A DNA stretch of 64,000 nt from an uncultured Candidatus Saccharibacteria bacterium (GCA_964432275.1 CAYSMH010000003.1:6718-70717); one strand, 5' to 3'. Counted from the first letter of the stretch, positions 18,558-29,141 are shown. Notes: generated by a model from the sequence alone, not told the origin. A program made the numbers and translations.

Positions 18558-19439
18558 ATGGACAAAGAAGCCCTCACTGCACGTATTGCCGAGATAGAAG
18601 CTGCTATGATGGACGGCGCGTTTTGGAATGACGTACCACAGGCACAAGCACAGATCAAAGAACTCCAAGAACTCAAAGACAAGCTCGAAGGCGGTAGTAT
18701 CTATGATAAAGGTGCGGCAATTCTTACGATATTTTCTGGAGCAGGTGGAGATGATGCAGAAGACTTTTCAGCAATGCTTTTGCGTATGTATACCAAATAC
18801 ATAGAACGCAAAGGTTGGAGTATGTCAGTAATTCATAGCAATACCAATGATCATGGTGGGTATCGCAATATTAGTATTGAAATCGAAGGTAAGGGAGTAT
18901 TCGGTAATCTCAAAAATGAAAGCGGGGTTCATCGACTTGTACGCATCTCACCATTTAATGCAAATAGTAAACGGCAAACATCTTTTTCACTTGTTGAAGT
19001 TATTCCCAAGCTTGCCAAGTCTGATACCGCAGTGGTGATTGCAGATAGTGATCTTGATATCTCATTTGCACGAGCAGGAGGACCTGGTGGGCAAAACGTT
19101 AACAAGCGTGAGACTGCAGTGCGTATGGTGCATATACCCACAGGCCTTTCAGTACATGTCACCAGTGAGCGCAGTCAGGAACAAAACAGAGACAAGGCTC
19201 TCGAGCTTCTCAAGGGTAAACTGTATAAACGTCAAGAAGAAGAGCGTATTGCGAAAGAAAAAGGATTGTATATTTCCAAGACTACTGATATCGAATGGGG
19301 TAATCAGATACGTTCCTATGTGCTCCATCCATACAAAATGGTGAAAGATCATCGCACCTCTGTAGAAACAGGAAATGTGGATAAAGTGCTCGAGGACGGA
19401 GACCTTGATGAGTTTATAGAAGCAGAACGAGGTTTGTAG
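18558..19439 (+). CDS. prfB: Peptide chain release factor 2, N-terminally shortened, no programmed frameshift
   Basis: SPF tripeptide (RF2-specific) and GGQ motif. Start placed at MDKEALT immediately after the upstream stop. Confidence 0.8.
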   Translation: MDKEALTARIAEIEAAMMDGAFWNDVPQAQAQIKELQELKDKLEGGSIYDKGAAILTIFSGAGGDDAEDFSAMLLRMYTKYIERKGWSMSVIHSNTNDHGGYRNISIEIEGKGVFGNLKNESGVHRLVRISPFNANSKRQTSFSLVEVIPKLAKSDTAVVIADSDLDISFARAGGPGGQNVNKRETAVRMVHIPTGLSVHVTSERSQEQNRDKALELLKGKLYKRQEEERIAKEKGLYISKTTDIEWGNQIRSYVLHPYKMVKDHRTSVETGNVDKVLEDGDLDEFIEAERGL

Positions 19440-19460
19440 GTATGGTATACTACATGTCTC

Positions 19461-20141
19461 ATGATCAAGTTTGTAAACGTATCAAAAGTCTATCCCAACG
19501 GCGCAGTTGCGCTTGAGAATGTTAATTTAGAGATCGGAACAGGTGAGTTTGTCACACTTATCGGTCCTTCTGGTGCAGGCAAGACCACCTTGACCAAAAT
19601 GATTCTCGCTGAAGAAGAGCCGAGTGAGGGTACAGTATTGTTTGAAAACATTGATATCAACGCACTCAATCGTGGTGATACCACCAAGCTTCGTCGTCGT
19701 GTTGGTACTGTGTTTCAAGAATTTCGATTGCTTGGCAGCAAGACTGCGTATGAAAACATTGCATTTGCAATGGAAGCTGCAGGCAAAAGTGATGCAGAGA
19801 TTACCTCAGATGTACCACACGTACTTCAGCTCGTAGATTTACAAGATCGCATGTTCCATTTCCCCAACCAACTCTCAGGTGGAGAAAAACAGCGTCTTGC
19901 AATTGCACGCGCAATCATCAATCAACCAGAAGTACTTATCGCAGATGAGCCGACTGGTAACCTCGACGAGGCAAATACTAAAGAAGTTATTCATATTTTG
20001 AAAAAGATCAACGATCTCGGGACAACTGTAATACTCACTACTCATGATCCACTTCTTATTCATGCGGTGGGCAAGCGACTTATCAGCATGGAAAAAGGGC
20101 GCGTAGTCGGTGACGAGATACGCAAGCTCAAGGACAAATAA
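19461..20141 (+). CDS. ftsE: Cell division ATP-binding protein FtsE
   Basis: Walker A GPSGAGKTT, ABC signature LSGGEKQRLAIARA, Walker B LIADEPTGNLD. It is adjacent to ftsX. Confidence 0.85.
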   Translation: MIKFVNVSKVYPNGAVALENVNLEIGTGEFVTLIGPSGAGKTTLTKMILAEEEPSEGTVLFENIDINALNRGDTTKLRRRVGTVFQEFRLLGSKTAYENIAFAMEAAGKSDAEITSDVPHVLQLVDLQDRMFHFPNQLSGGEKQRLAIARAIINQPEVLIADEPTGNLDEANTKEVIHILKKINDLGTTVILTTHDPLLIHAVGKRLISMEKGRVVGDEIRKLKDK

Positions 20142-20155
20142 GGTATACTATATAT

Positions 20156-21079
20156 ATGTTTTGGATCAGATTACAACGAGTATTGCGCAGTGGGTGGATC
20201 AACTTCCGTCGCAACGGGCTCGTCTCATATGCAGCTATTTTGGTAACGACTATTACGCTTTCTGTTGCTACGGGTATTTTTCTTGCGCAGGCAGTGCTTG
20301 CAAGTGCTATTACACAAGTACAAGAGAAAGTAGATATCGCAGTCTATTTTACCGTAGATGCTTCAGAAGATGGTATTTTGGCGCTCCAGGATACACTACA
20401 GACGCTTCCCGAGGTCGCTACAACAACTTATATTTCTGCAGATGAACAAGTTCTCAACTTCCGCGAGCGCCACGCAGATGACTATCTCACACTCCAAGCT
20501 CTCGAAGAGCTCGGAGAGAACCCATTTGGTGGCTCACTGCTGATCAAGGCAAAAGACTCAACTCAGTACGAATCCATCGCTCGTGTACTTGAAGGGGATA
20601 GTGATATTGCTCGAGACAGTGCATCTATTATTGAGCGTATCAACTACTCACAAAATAAACTTGTTATTGATCGCCTCAACATGCTTATTAACAACATTAA
20701 CGATATTGGATTTGCGGTTACATTTGTACTCGGCCTCATTTCTATCGTGATTGTATACACGACCGTACGTCTGACTATTTACATCGCCAAAGAAGAAATA
20801 GGTATTATGCGTCTCGTAGGTGCAAGTTCACGCTATGTACGCGCACCGTTTATGGTGGGAGGTCTACTGTATGGATTATTCGCATTCCTAATCTCAGTTG
20901 CTATATTTTTGCCACTTACATATTTTGCAGGGCGACACGCTACTGATATTCTAGGGTTCAACATTTACACATACTACGTATCACACTTCTTTTCTATCGG
21001 AGGCACGGTGTTGCTTATTGGACTTTTCCTCGGAGCGATCTCAAGTTACTTGGCAGTCCGACGATACTTGGATGTATAA
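20156..21079 (+). CDS. ftsX: Cell division permease FtsX
   Basis: Four-TM topology with a large extracellular loop, immediately downstream of ftsE. Confidence 0.8.
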   Translation: MFWIRLQRVLRSGWINFRRNGLVSYAAILVTTITLSVATGIFLAQAVLASAITQVQEKVDIAVYFTVDASEDGILALQDTLQTLPEVATTTYISADEQVLNFRERHADDYLTLQALEELGENPFGGSLLIKAKDSTQYESIARVLEGDSDIARDSASIIERINYSQNKLVIDRLNMLINNINDIGFAVTFVLGLISIVIVYTTVRLTIYIAKEEIGIMRLVGASSRYVRAPFMVGGLLYGLFAFLISVAIFLPLTYFAGRHATDILGFNIYTYYVSHFFSIGGTVLLIGLFLGAISSYLAVRRYLDV

Positions 21080-21090
21080 CATAGTGAAGT

Positions 21091-21118
21091 AAACCTGGGT
21101 TGAAAAATCCGGGTTTTT
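21091..21118 (+). terminator. Rho-independent terminator after ftsX
   Basis: AAACCTGGG...CCGGGTTTTT hairpin followed by a T-run. Confidence 0.45.
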
Positions 21119-21139
21119 ACGTATAATGAGCGGACAAAT

Positions 21140-21213
21140 TGCGGAATCGTCTAATGGTAGGACGCATCCCTCTGGAGGATGTTATCTTGGTTCGAGTCCA
21201 GGTTCCGCAGCCA
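21140..21213 (+). tRNA. tRNA-Gln (anticodon CTG), U1-A72, 3-bp D-stem, CCA encoded
   Basis: Acceptor TGCGGAA/TTCCGCA, anticodon stem CATCC/GGATG with loop CTCTGGA, T-arm CTTGG-TTCGAGT-CCAGG, discriminator G plus CCA. The U1-A72 pair and short D-stem are typical of tRNA-Gln. Confidence 0.8.
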
Positions 21214-21360
21214 TTGACAGATAGCACGAGACGTGTTGAAATAACGATTCTCGAGCTAGCTCAATATACTATACTGAAATTGCTTACCCGCTGAGTGCGA
21301 TAACCAGAACAAAAGACATCTAATTTTAGGTGTCTTTTGTATTTACGATATCTCATCATT

Positions 21361-21759
21361 TTAGGATAGTTCATTTAAAAACTTTTCCGCAGTATCTTTG
21401 GTAGGAGCAATATCGTATATCTCTTCTGGTGTTAAAATCAACAAACCTTTTACTACTCTATCTGGCAACTGTTCTTTTATCCATGAGGTTGCATTATCAA
21501 AATATTCTCCATCTGTTATATATTCAACATTTCCTTTTATCTGATACCCCATCATTTTTTTCCAGCATACAAGAGAAACCGAGGGGTTAAGAAGAATATT
21601 TGCTAGTGTTTTATCAAGAAAATAGTTTATAAGCCAAATTTTCCCTTCCACAATCCTTATTGAAGATACAGGAACAACGTTTATGTTTGTGCCATATGTT
21701 GCAAGTGCTTTTGATTCGGCAGATAAAATAAATTTTTCAATATCTTCATCAATTTTCAT
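21361..21759 (-). CDS. Pyridoxamine 5'-phosphate oxidase-like FMN-binding split-barrel protein
   Basis: Size and sequence pattern of the PNPOx-like / general stress protein 26 family. Confidence 0.5.
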   Translation of the reverse strand: MKIDEDIEKFILSAESKALATYGTNINVVPVSSIRIVEGKIWLINYFLDKTLANILLNPSVSLVCWKKMMGYQIKGNVEYITDGEYFDNATSWIKEQLPDRVVKGLLILTPEEIYDIAPTKDTAEKFLNELS

Positions 21760-21908
21760 ATGTTTTTATTCTTATTTATATTTATAAATAGTACTCCTAA
21801 ATAAGGATAAGTCGATATTTCACACCTAAAATTAGAACCTTAATTCTAGTTACCTTTTAAGAATAATTGAAGAGTAGGCTATTACGATATTTAAGTATTT
21901 AAAATACC

Positions 21909-21937
21909 TTGACAATACCCCCCTGGGGGTATATACT
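21909..21937 (+). promoter_or_regulatory. Sigma70-like promoter (TTGACA-17-TATACT) with CsoR-type operator palindrome ATACCCCCCTGGGGGTAT in the spacer
   Basis: Perfect -35 hexamer, 17-nt spacer consisting exactly of an 18-bp GC-rich perfect inverted repeat, -10 TATACT, and the csoR ATG 7 nt downstream. Confidence 0.7.
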
Positions 21938-21943
21938 CGGTAC

Positions 21944-22207
21944 ATGTCTACGAATAAAGAAAAAATGATACGCCGGTTAAAAATAATTGAAGGTCAAGTA
22001 AGGGGTCTTCAAGACATGATTGAAAAAGGTACATATTGTATCGACGTCATCACGCAGGCATCCGCGATAAAGCAGGGAATTTCCAATGTTGAGGATACTC
22101 TTCTTGAGCATCATTTGGGCCATTGCTTAATTAACCAAATTAAGGATGGAAAAGCTGATAAAGCTACACAAGAAATCATCCAAGTTTATCGTTTAAAGCG
22201 CAAGTAA
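21944..22207 (+). CDS. csoR: CsoR/RcnR-family metal-sensing transcriptional repressor
   Basis: 87 aa. Conserved Cys (YCIDV) and His/Cys (EHHLGHC) metal ligands in the W-X-Y-Z arrangement, upstream of copA. Confidence 0.75.
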   Translation: MSTNKEKMIRRLKIIEGQVRGLQDMIEKGTYCIDVITQASAIKQGISNVEDTLLEHHLGHCLINQIKDGKADKATQEIIQVYRLKRK

Positions 22208-22229
22208 TTTAATAGAAATAATTATTTAT

Positions 22230-22793
22230 ATGAAAAAAATATCATTATATTTCGCAATTAGCATAGCAATTGTATCCGGGGTTCTTGGTCTTGTTATTGG
22301 GTATGCCCTTACTCCTGAATATAGAACTTCAATGTATGAAAAAAACACAATGGATTTAGGACGTGCTGACCGTACGTTTGATTTGCGTTATATTAACGCA
22401 ATGATTGCGCATCATCGGGGCGCAATGCTACTTGCTGAGCAACTCCAAAAAAATACTGATAGACCTGAACTACAAACGCTCGCAGCTGATATATTGAAAG
22501 GAGAGCCTGTGCTTATTGAAGAGCTTTATACATGGAAAAAAGAGTGGTACGGAGATAGTAGAAAAGTGCGTGATCCTATTGTTGCAAACCTTGGTCCAAA
22601 AGATGAAAAATTTGACCTTAGATTTTTAAACGCAATTATTGCACACCATGAAGCTGGTATTGAGATGACTCAAGAAACACGTATTAAATCAAGTAGGGCT
22701 GAAATTCTTAATAATGCAGATGGAGTAGAAGCATTTCTCAAAGGAGGTATAGAAACACTTAAAGGTCTTAGGTCAACATGGTATTCAATTTAA
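22230..22793 (+). CDS. DUF305 domain protein (two DUF305 repeats), membrane-anchored
   Basis: Two copies of the DxRFLxAMIxHHxGAIxM motif. The family is often linked to copper resistance loci. Confidence 0.6.
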   Translation: MKKISLYFAISIAIVSGVLGLVIGYALTPEYRTSMYEKNTMDLGRADRTFDLRYINAMIAHHRGAMLLAEQLQKNTDRPELQTLAADILKGEPVLIEELYTWKKEWYGDSRKVRDPIVANLGPKDEKFDLRFLNAIIAHHEAGIEMTQETRIKSSRAEILNNADGVEAFLKGGIETLKGLRSTWYSI

Positions 22794-22807
22794 CTCATTA
22801 CAAAGAT

Positions 22808-25066
22808 ATGAAAAAAGATGTCTATACAATAAAAGGGATGCACTGTGCAAGTTGTGCTTCCATAATTACGAAAACTGTTTCAAAGGTTCCAGGTGTGCGT
22901 GATATATCGGTGAATTTTGCGAGTGAAAAAGCGAATCTTTCGTTTGATCCGTCTGCTACCTCTATTGAAGTAATGAATACAGAGCTTGAGAAGTTAGGAT
23001 ATATGATTATGTCTACTGGTGAAGAAGAATCTGGAGTACATGATCATGCTAAAACTTCTGACAGCGAACTTGTGCTATTACAACAGAAAACACATTTTGT
23101 ACTACCAATCACTGGCGTAATATTTATACTTATGTTATGGGATATTCTCGCACGGACATTTGTTCGTGTTCCAAATCTTCCTATACCTATGGATCTTTTC
23201 AATATAATAAACATGGTACTTGCAACAATAGTATTGTTTTGGGTTGGAAAACCATTTTTAAAAGGTGTTACAAGATTCCTTCGATATAAGGTTGCTAATA
23301 TGGATACCCTTATTGGTATTGGTACGCTCACTGCATATTTATACAGTGTTGTTATAACGCTATTACCATCTATTCGCGACCTATTGCGCGTACCAGAATT
23401 CACCTATTTTGATGTGACTATTGTCGTGATTGGATTTATTACACTTGGAAAATACTTGGAGGCTCGATCAAAAAAGAAAACAGGGGATGCGATTGAAGCT
23501 CTACTCACGCTTCAGGCAAAAACCGCCCTTATTATTCGTCAGGGAGAAGAAGTTGAAATTCCAATCACTGAAGTGGTGCATGGGGATCTTATTGTTGTAA
23601 AGCCCGCCGGTAGAATCCCAGTTGATGGTGTTGTTGCTGAGGGGTCTTCATATGTGGATGAATCTATGATTACTGGCGAGCCAATTCCTGTGGAAAAAGG
23701 GGAGGGAGATACTGTGGTTGCAGGTACGATGAATACTACAGGGTCATTTACATTCAAGGCAACAAAAGTAGGAGCAGAAACTATGCTTGCGAATATTATC
23801 AAAATGGTAGAAGAGGCGCAGGGAAGTCGTGCGCCAATTCAGGCGCTCGCCGATAAAATCTCAAGCGTGTTTGTTCCTATTGTTCTAGTCATTGCCTTTC
23901 TTTCACTAGTTGCATGGCTAACTATTGGCTCAACCTATCTTGGCTTCTCACAAGCACTTTCACTTGGAATACTTTCGTTTGTAAGTGTGCTCGTAATTGC
24001 GTGTCCATGTGCGCTTGGACTTGCTACGCCGACAGCAATTATCGTTGGGGTCGGTAAAGGGGCAAGGAATGGCATTCTTATCAAAGACGCTGCTACGTTG
24101 CAGAAACTTCACGAAGTTACCACGGTTGTTGTTGATAAGACAGGGACTATTACAAAAGGAAAACCAGAGCTAGTGTCTATAAAAAATCTTTCTGATCGGT
24201 CAGATGAAGAGATTATTGCACTACTTGCTGCGCTTGAGAAAAAATCTGAACATCCTATTGCACATGCAATTGTTTCGTATGCGAAAGAAACAGATATACA
24301 AATTCCTCCAGTTGGATCATTTCAGATTGTAAAAGGTGAAGGTATTCGTGGTTCAATACTCGGAATAGAATATTTTGCTGGTAATATCCGGCTTATGGAA
24401 AACCTCAAGCACGCTATAGACATATCAATGATTGAGGCAGAGACAAAAACTGGAAAAACACCAGTGCTACTTGCTACGAAAGAAAAAATACTTGCAATCG
24501 TTATGGTTGCAGATGCGGTAAAGCCTGAAGCAAAAAATGCTATACAGGAGCTTCATAAGAAAGGAATTAAGGTTTACATGTTAACTGGAGATAATATAAA
24601 TACTGCGCAGTTTATTGCTTCTTCTGTGGGAATAGATGAGGTCATTGCCGAAGTAACACCTGAAGATAAACTCAATACAGTCAAAAAATTACAATCATCG
24701 GGAGAAGTAGTCGCAATGGCTGGAGATGGAGTCAATGACGCTCCAGCTCTCGCTCAAGCAGATGTCGGTATTGCTATGGCAACCGGGACAGATGTTGCTA
24801 TAGAGAGCGCGGGAATCACACTCTTGCACGGTGATATTACAAAACTTGTTAAGGCAATCAATCTTTCAAAGATTACGATGCGTGGGATTAAGCAAAATTT
24901 ATTCTGGGCATTTATATATAATATTGTAGGGATACCACTTGCGGCAGGTGTATTTTATCCACTATTTGGATGGCTGCTCAATCCGATATTTGCAGGGCTT
25001 GCAATGGCATTCTCGAGCGTGTCGGTGGTAGGAAACTCATTGCGGTTAAAAGCTAAAAAACTATAA
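22808..25066 (+). CDS. copA: Copper-translocating P1B-type ATPase CopA with N-terminal HMA domain
   Basis: GMHCASCAS (CxxC HMA), TGEP, CPC ([11 protein letters not shown]), DKTGT and [10 protein letters not shown] motifs. Start placed at [10 protein letters not shown] to avoid overlap with the upstream gene. Confidence 0.9.
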   Translation: MKKDVYTIKGMHCASCASIITKTVSKVPGVRDISVNFASEKANLSFDPSATSIEVMNTELEKLGYMIMSTGEEESGVHDHAKTSDSELVLLQQKTHFVLPITGVIFILMLWDILARTFVRVPNLPIPMDLFNIINMVLATIVLFWVGKPFLKGVTRFLRYKVANMDTLIGIGTLTAYLYSVVITLLPSIRDLLRVPEFTYFDVTIVVIGFITLGKYLEARSKKKTGDAIEALLTLQAKTALIIRQGEEVEIPITEVVHGDLIVVKPAGRIPVDGVVAEGSSYVDESMITGEPIPVEKGEGDTVVAGTMNTTGSFTFKATKVGAETMLANIIKMVEEAQGSRAPIQALADKISSVFVPIVLVIAFLSLVAWLTIGSTYLGFSQALSLGILSFVSVLVIACPCALGLATPTAIIVGVGKGARNGILIKDAATLQKLHEVTTVVVDKTGTITKGKPELVSIKNLSDRSDEEIIALLAALEKKSEHPIAHAIVSYAKETDIQIPPVGSFQIVKGEGIRGSILGIEYFAGNIRLMENLKHAIDISMIEAETKTGKTPVLLATKEKILAIVMVADAVKPEAKNAIQELHKKGIKVYMLTGDNINTAQFIASSVGIDEVIAEVTPEDKLNTVKKLQSSGEVVAMAGDGVNDAPALAQADVGIAMATGTDVAIESAGITLLHGDITKLVKAINLSKITMRGIKQNLFWAFIYNIVGIPLAAGVFYPLFGWLLNPIFAGLAMAFSSVSVVGNSLRLKAKKL

Positions 25067-25068
25067 GT

Positions 25069-26109
25069 ATGAATAATACAGAAAAACAAACATATACATT
25101 TCATATACACGGTATGCACTGCAAGGCATGTATTCTGCTTACAGAGGGGGAACTGAATGAACTGCCGGAAGTAGAACATGCACACGCTAGTCTTTCGAAA
25201 CATACCGTCACGGTGACAGGTATGTTTGAGGGTAAAACGCAGGAAGAATTAGCAGAGCGGTTTACTGAAGTACTCAAATCTCATGGATATACAGTCTCTA
25301 CTCAAAAACAGAATGCGGTAAAAACAAAACGAACACGCGAGTTTTCGATCGCCATTCCTATAGCTATTGTATTTGCTGTACTATTTGTACTTTTGCAAAA
25401 GATGGGGATTGTAAATCTTGTTGATGCAAGTAATGTGTCGTACGGGACTGCATTTGTGATCGGTATCATAGCCTCACTCTCAACATGTATGGCAGTAGTT
25501 GGTGGACTCGTGCTTTCAATGTCGGCTACATTTGCGAGAGAGGGGGATAAAATTCGTCCACAAATTTTGTTTCAACTAGGACGTCTTATCTCATTCTTTA
25601 TTCTCGGAGGTGTTATTGGTGGAATCGGTTCAGCTTTTGCGCTCAACACAACAGCAACATTTATTCTTGGTATCGTAATCGGCATTGTCATGCTTCTTAT
25701 GGGGTTAAACTTGCTCGATGTTTTCCATTTCACAAAAAGATTGCAGCCGGGCATGCCAAAAATGATTTCGAAGAAAGCATTTTCAGTAAGTAAGCTGACA
25801 CATACGTTTACTCCTTTTCTGGTCGGTATTGCGACGTTCTTCCTTCCGTGCGGCTTTACTCAGTCAATGCAGATATACACTCTTTCCACGGGAACCTTTA
25901 TGAAAGGCGGTCTTACCATGCTTGCATATGCACTTGGTACGCTCCCTGTACTGCTCCTTGTGGGGTTTAGTTCATTTAGTATCAAGAAAAGTTCTCGTGC
26001 AGGAATATTCTTTAAATCTGCAGGATTGATTGTTATACTGTTTGCACTGTTCAATCTCATTAATAGCTTGGCGGTAATTGGTCTTATTCCACCTTTATTT
26101 AATTTATAG
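25069..26109 (+). CDS. HMA-domain fused to CcdA/DsbD-like polytopic membrane protein (putative metal/thiol transporter)
   Basis: N-terminal HGMHCKAC HMA motif. The membrane domain has intramembrane Cys motifs (STCM, LPCGF). Confidence 0.5.
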   Translation: MNNTEKQTYTFHIHGMHCKACILLTEGELNELPEVEHAHASLSKHTVTVTGMFEGKTQEELAERFTEVLKSHGYTVSTQKQNAVKTKRTREFSIAIPIAIVFAVLFVLLQKMGIVNLVDASNVSYGTAFVIGIIASLSTCMAVVGGLVLSMSATFAREGDKIRPQILFQLGRLISFFILGGVIGGIGSAFALNTTATFILGIVIGIVMLLMGLNLLDVFHFTKRLQPGMPKMISKKAFSVSKLTHTFTPFLVGIATFFLPCGFTQSMQIYTLSTGTFMKGGLTMLAYALGTLPVLLLVGFSSFSIKKSSRAGIFFKSAGLIVILFALFNLINSLAVIGLIPPLFNL

Positions 26110-26111
26110 CT

Positions 26112-26501
26112 ATGAAAAAAAATATTCTTGCAATCTCTATAGGTATCGTAATTATTGGGTTCGGAATACTCGTAGCGGTAAATAGTGCGCCAAAAGAAGA
26201 AGAGGTGCTTATAAATGTTGTTACTGTAGTTGATGGAAAGCAAATTATTGATTTACGGGCAAAAGGAGGGTTTACTCCTCGTAGTATTGATGCAAAAGCT
26301 GGAATTCCTACAGTGCTTCGTGTTACTACAAAAGGTACATTTGATTGTTCTTCTTCCGTACGAATTCCATCTCTGAACATATCACAAAATTTGCCACAAA
26401 CAGGTGTTACTGAACTTGATCTCGGGATCCAACAGGCGGGGGTACTAAAGGGTAGCTGTGGAATGGGTATGTATCCTTTTGAAATTAATTTCCAAGCGTA
26501 G
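26112..26501 (+). CDS. Secreted cupredoxin-like small protein (putative copper-binding)
   Basis: Signal anchor, beta-rich ~100-aa domain with Cys/Met cluster (CSSS...GSCGMGMY). Confidence 0.35.
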   Translation: MKKNILAISIGIVIIGFGILVAVNSAPKEEEVLINVVTVVDGKQIIDLRAKGGFTPRSIDAKAGIPTVLRVTTKGTFDCSSSVRIPSLNISQNLPQTGVTELDLGIQQAGVLKGSCGMGMYPFEINFQA

Positions 26502-26540
26502 ATGATTTATAAATTTAATAAGTTAAAATATACTATATCT

Positions 26541-26957
26541 ATGAATATACAAAAAATTGTACTTATAAAATTGAGAATCGTAATGGCACTCATTTTTTTG
26601 TGGGCGTTCTTTGATAAGGTCTTTGGTCTTGGATTCGCTACTAAACCAGAAAATGCATGGATAAACGGAGGTTCACCAACAACAGGGTTTTTATCGTTTG
26701 CAACCAAGGGTCCTTTTGCTGAATTTTTTAAAAGTCTTGCTGGTATACCAATTATCGACTGGCTTTTTATGCTCGGCCTACTTTTTGTAGGAATTACTTT
26801 TCTTTTTAATCGATATGTAAAATGGGGAGCAATCGCAGGTGCAGTAATGATGTTCCTTATGTACCTTGCAGTATTTCCTCCAGAAAATAACCCACTCCTC
26901 GACGAACATATTGTCTATGCACTCGTACTTTTATTCATTGGTTTTATAAAAAAATAA
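26541..26957 (+). CDS. DoxX-like small polytopic membrane protein
   Basis: Three or four TM helices, family-like length. Start taken at MNIQKIVLIKL. Confidence 0.35.
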   Translation: MNIQKIVLIKLRIVMALIFLWAFFDKVFGLGFATKPENAWINGGSPTTGFLSFATKGPFAEFFKSLAGIPIIDWLFMLGLLFVGITFLFNRYVKWGAIAGAVMMFLMYLAVFPPENNPLLDEHIVYALVLLFIGFIKK

Positions 26958-26958
26958 C

Positions 26959-28281
26959 CTAATTACTTAAATATATTTTCTTGTTATTCAGAAATATCTT
27001 CCCTTGCAGGTTGTTGAATATCTCTCGCTTCTCAAATATTGTTCCTTCTTTTAATATAAACTTTGCGTAGTTACGAACGTCGACATCTTCAATTTGTATA
27101 TCGTCTTTAATACCCAAAATGCTACGTTGGAATTTCTTAATTCTCGTTATTTCATCATTAATTTTATCTCTCATACCGACTTTGTTTAAATTCACCTTAT
27201 CAAGAAGGGTAGCAAATTGCTTAATCAAATCCTCTTCATTTAGATACCCACCTTTGCAGTTCCTATCTTTCGACCTCGTACAGCCATAGTACACATGTCG
27301 ATTTACTGTTCCATTCTTAAGCTTTTTAAATTTCTCATCTGCGCAAATTCCTGAATCACATAATCCACATATCATGAGCTTGGTGAATGCAAACTCTTTG
27401 TTTTCAACTCTTAGTACCTGACTTTTCACTTGTGCTTGTACTGCGTCATATAGTTCTTTTGTTATCAGTGCTTCATGTTTTCCTTGATACCAGTTACCGC
27501 TTTTAAGAGGATATTCAAATACTCCATAATAGAATGGATTTTCTAATATGCGATAGATATTTCCTAAACTTATATTCTTGTTTCCTTGTAATGTCTTGAA
27601 GTTCAAATCAAACTTTAACCAGTGGTGCAGCTTTCTTCCAGTCCATTTTTCATATGCAACTTTCTCAAACATCTTCTTTACAATTGGTCCTCGGTCTGGA
27701 TCAATGAGGGTCTCACACTTTCGATCCATTCGCTTTTCTTTCAAGTATCCTGTTGGAGCAGGGGCAGGCCATAATCCCATTTCAACTCGTGTTTTCAGTC
27801 CACGCTTTACATTTATACTTTTATTATCATTCTCAAGCTTTGCTTGCGAACAAAGAATCATCAGGAGGAATTTCTCGTTAGGGGAGTTACGAAACTGCTG
27901 CCCATACGTTCGTATTTCAATCAGCTTTTTCTCATCCATTAAATCAACTACTGATCCTAAATCTCCCGCATTTCTACTCAATCTATCAGGTGCCCAAGTT
28001 AATATGCCTGTATATCTTCCAGATCTGATGTCGCTCAGTAATTCTTTAAATACTGGTCGTTGACCAGAGTCTTTCGCAGAATGAGCCTCTCTCCGAACGT
28101 CTATTATTTCCAACCCATCTCGCTCTGCAATGGCCATCATTTCTTTTACTTGAGAATCAATGGAGAGTGCTTGTTTTTCATCTGATTCAGTTGATTTTCG
28201 AGCATAGAGGCAGTACTTCACCTTTTCTGCTGCTATAAGAGCAGGGAAGCCCGTTTGGGCTGTTTTAGCCAGTATTTCCAT
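26959..28281 (-). CDS. Large serine recombinase (paralog of the one in island 1)
   Basis: YARKS catalytic motif, DRLSRN, recombinase domain and Cys cluster CGLCDSG...YYGCTRS. It is collinear with the 8772..10424 protein. Confidence 0.85.
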   Translation of the reverse strand: MEILAKTAQTGFPALIAAEKVKYCLYARKSTESDEKQALSIDSQVKEMMAIAERDGLEIIDVRREAHSAKDSGQRPVFKELLSDIRSGRYTGILTWAPDRLSRNAGDLGSVVDLMDEKKLIEIRTYGQQFRNSPNEKFLLMILCSQAKLENDNKSINVKRGLKTRVEMGLWPAPAPTGYLKEKRMDRKCETLIDPDRGPIVKKMFEKVAYEKWTGRKLHHWLKFDLNFKTLQGNKNISLGNIYRILENPFYYGVFEYPLKSGNWYQGKHEALITKELYDAVQAQVKSQVLRVENKEFAFTKLMICGLCDSGICADEKFKKLKNGTVNRHVYYGCTRSKDRNCKGGYLNEEDLIKQFATLLDKVNLNKVGMRDKINDEITRIKKFQRSILGIKDDIQIEDVDVRNYAKFILKEGTIFEKREIFNNLQGKIFLNNKKIYLSN

Positions 28282-28403
28282 ATCTATATTAATGTCAGAC
28301 CAGTTGCGGAAGTAAAGCTAGACCATTACTCGGCATCACTTTACAAAATCTGTAAAGCATGCTATAATACGACTAATAAGTTCATTGTAATTTAGCTTGC
28401 GAA

Positions 28404-28453
28404 TGGTCATAGCTACGAGGTTCTGATTTCTCGGAATTTCATAGCTATGACCA
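28404..28453. repeat. Inverted repeat TGGTCATAGCTA-N26-TAGCTATGACCA, candidate serine-recombinase att site
   Basis: Perfect 12-bp arms with a 26-bp spacer, ~120 bp upstream of the recombinase start. Confidence 0.4.
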
Positions 28454-28505
28454 CGAATTGGTTGTAGTTCTGTCCCGGAGTAGGGAAAATTAAAACCATA
28501 ACGAC

Positions 28506-29141
28506 ATGGAAAAAACATTTGCATCTGCGGATCTCACCGCAGGACAACTGAACGCTATTGTAAAAAAGCTTGGCGGTCATGAAGGTGCTTTGAAATTTTT
28601 ACGCGGCGAAACTTCGGTTTCCGAACCTGAAAAAAGCTGGCGTGAGCATGACGGAGTGATTTACTTCACCGTCACTTCCGATGGTGCCACCGGTGCCGAA
28701 TGGATTGCCCGTCTTGAGAAAGGTGGATACCGCGTTGGCGATTACGCCAAGAGCGTTCTACTTTCAAAAGATTTTAAACCTACAAACGGTGTTACAACCG
28801 AAGTTGGAGTGTTGAAGGGTATGCTGTTTGAAGACAATCAACGCATTACCAAAAACATCCGTAAAAATGCCGAAGATCGCAAACTGGAAACACCAAATGC
28901 AGAGATAGCTTGCCTTATCCGTGAAAAATTCACTGATGAAGACATCGAAGCGATGGGTTTATGGTGGATCGTTGCAATGCATGAACCGATCAATGATTCC
29001 GGTGGTGATCCGCGCTTGCTCCTTGCGGACCGTAGTGACGATGGGCGTTGGCTGAACTCGGCGTATGGCATGCCTGACTTCAGGTGGATCCGTGGGAGCG
29101 GGTTCGCGTTTGCTGTTTCGCAAGTTAGTTCTCAAAACTAA
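28506..29141 (+). CDS. DGR target protein (variable C-terminal CLec/FGE-like segment containing the VR)
   Basis: The 3' 128 bp is the VR copy of a downstream TR. The differing codons correspond to AAC/AAT/A-containing codons in the TR. Confidence 0.7.
   Translation: MEKTFASADLTAGQLNAIVKKLGGHEGALKFLRGETSVSEPEKSWREHDGVIYFTVTSDGATGAEWIARLEKGGYRVGDYAKSVLLSKDFKPTNGVTTEVGVLKGMLFEDNQRITKNIRKNAEDRKLETPNAEIACLIREKFTDEDIEAMGLWWIVAMHEPINDSGGDPRLLLADRSDDGRWLNSAYGMPDFRWIRGSGFAFAVSQVSSQN
28996..29123 (+). repeat. DGR variable repeat (VR)
   Basis: 128-bp direct repeat of 29483..29610 at an offset of 487 bp. There are 16 mismatches, and 15 of them are positions where the downstream copy has A. Confidence 0.75.
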
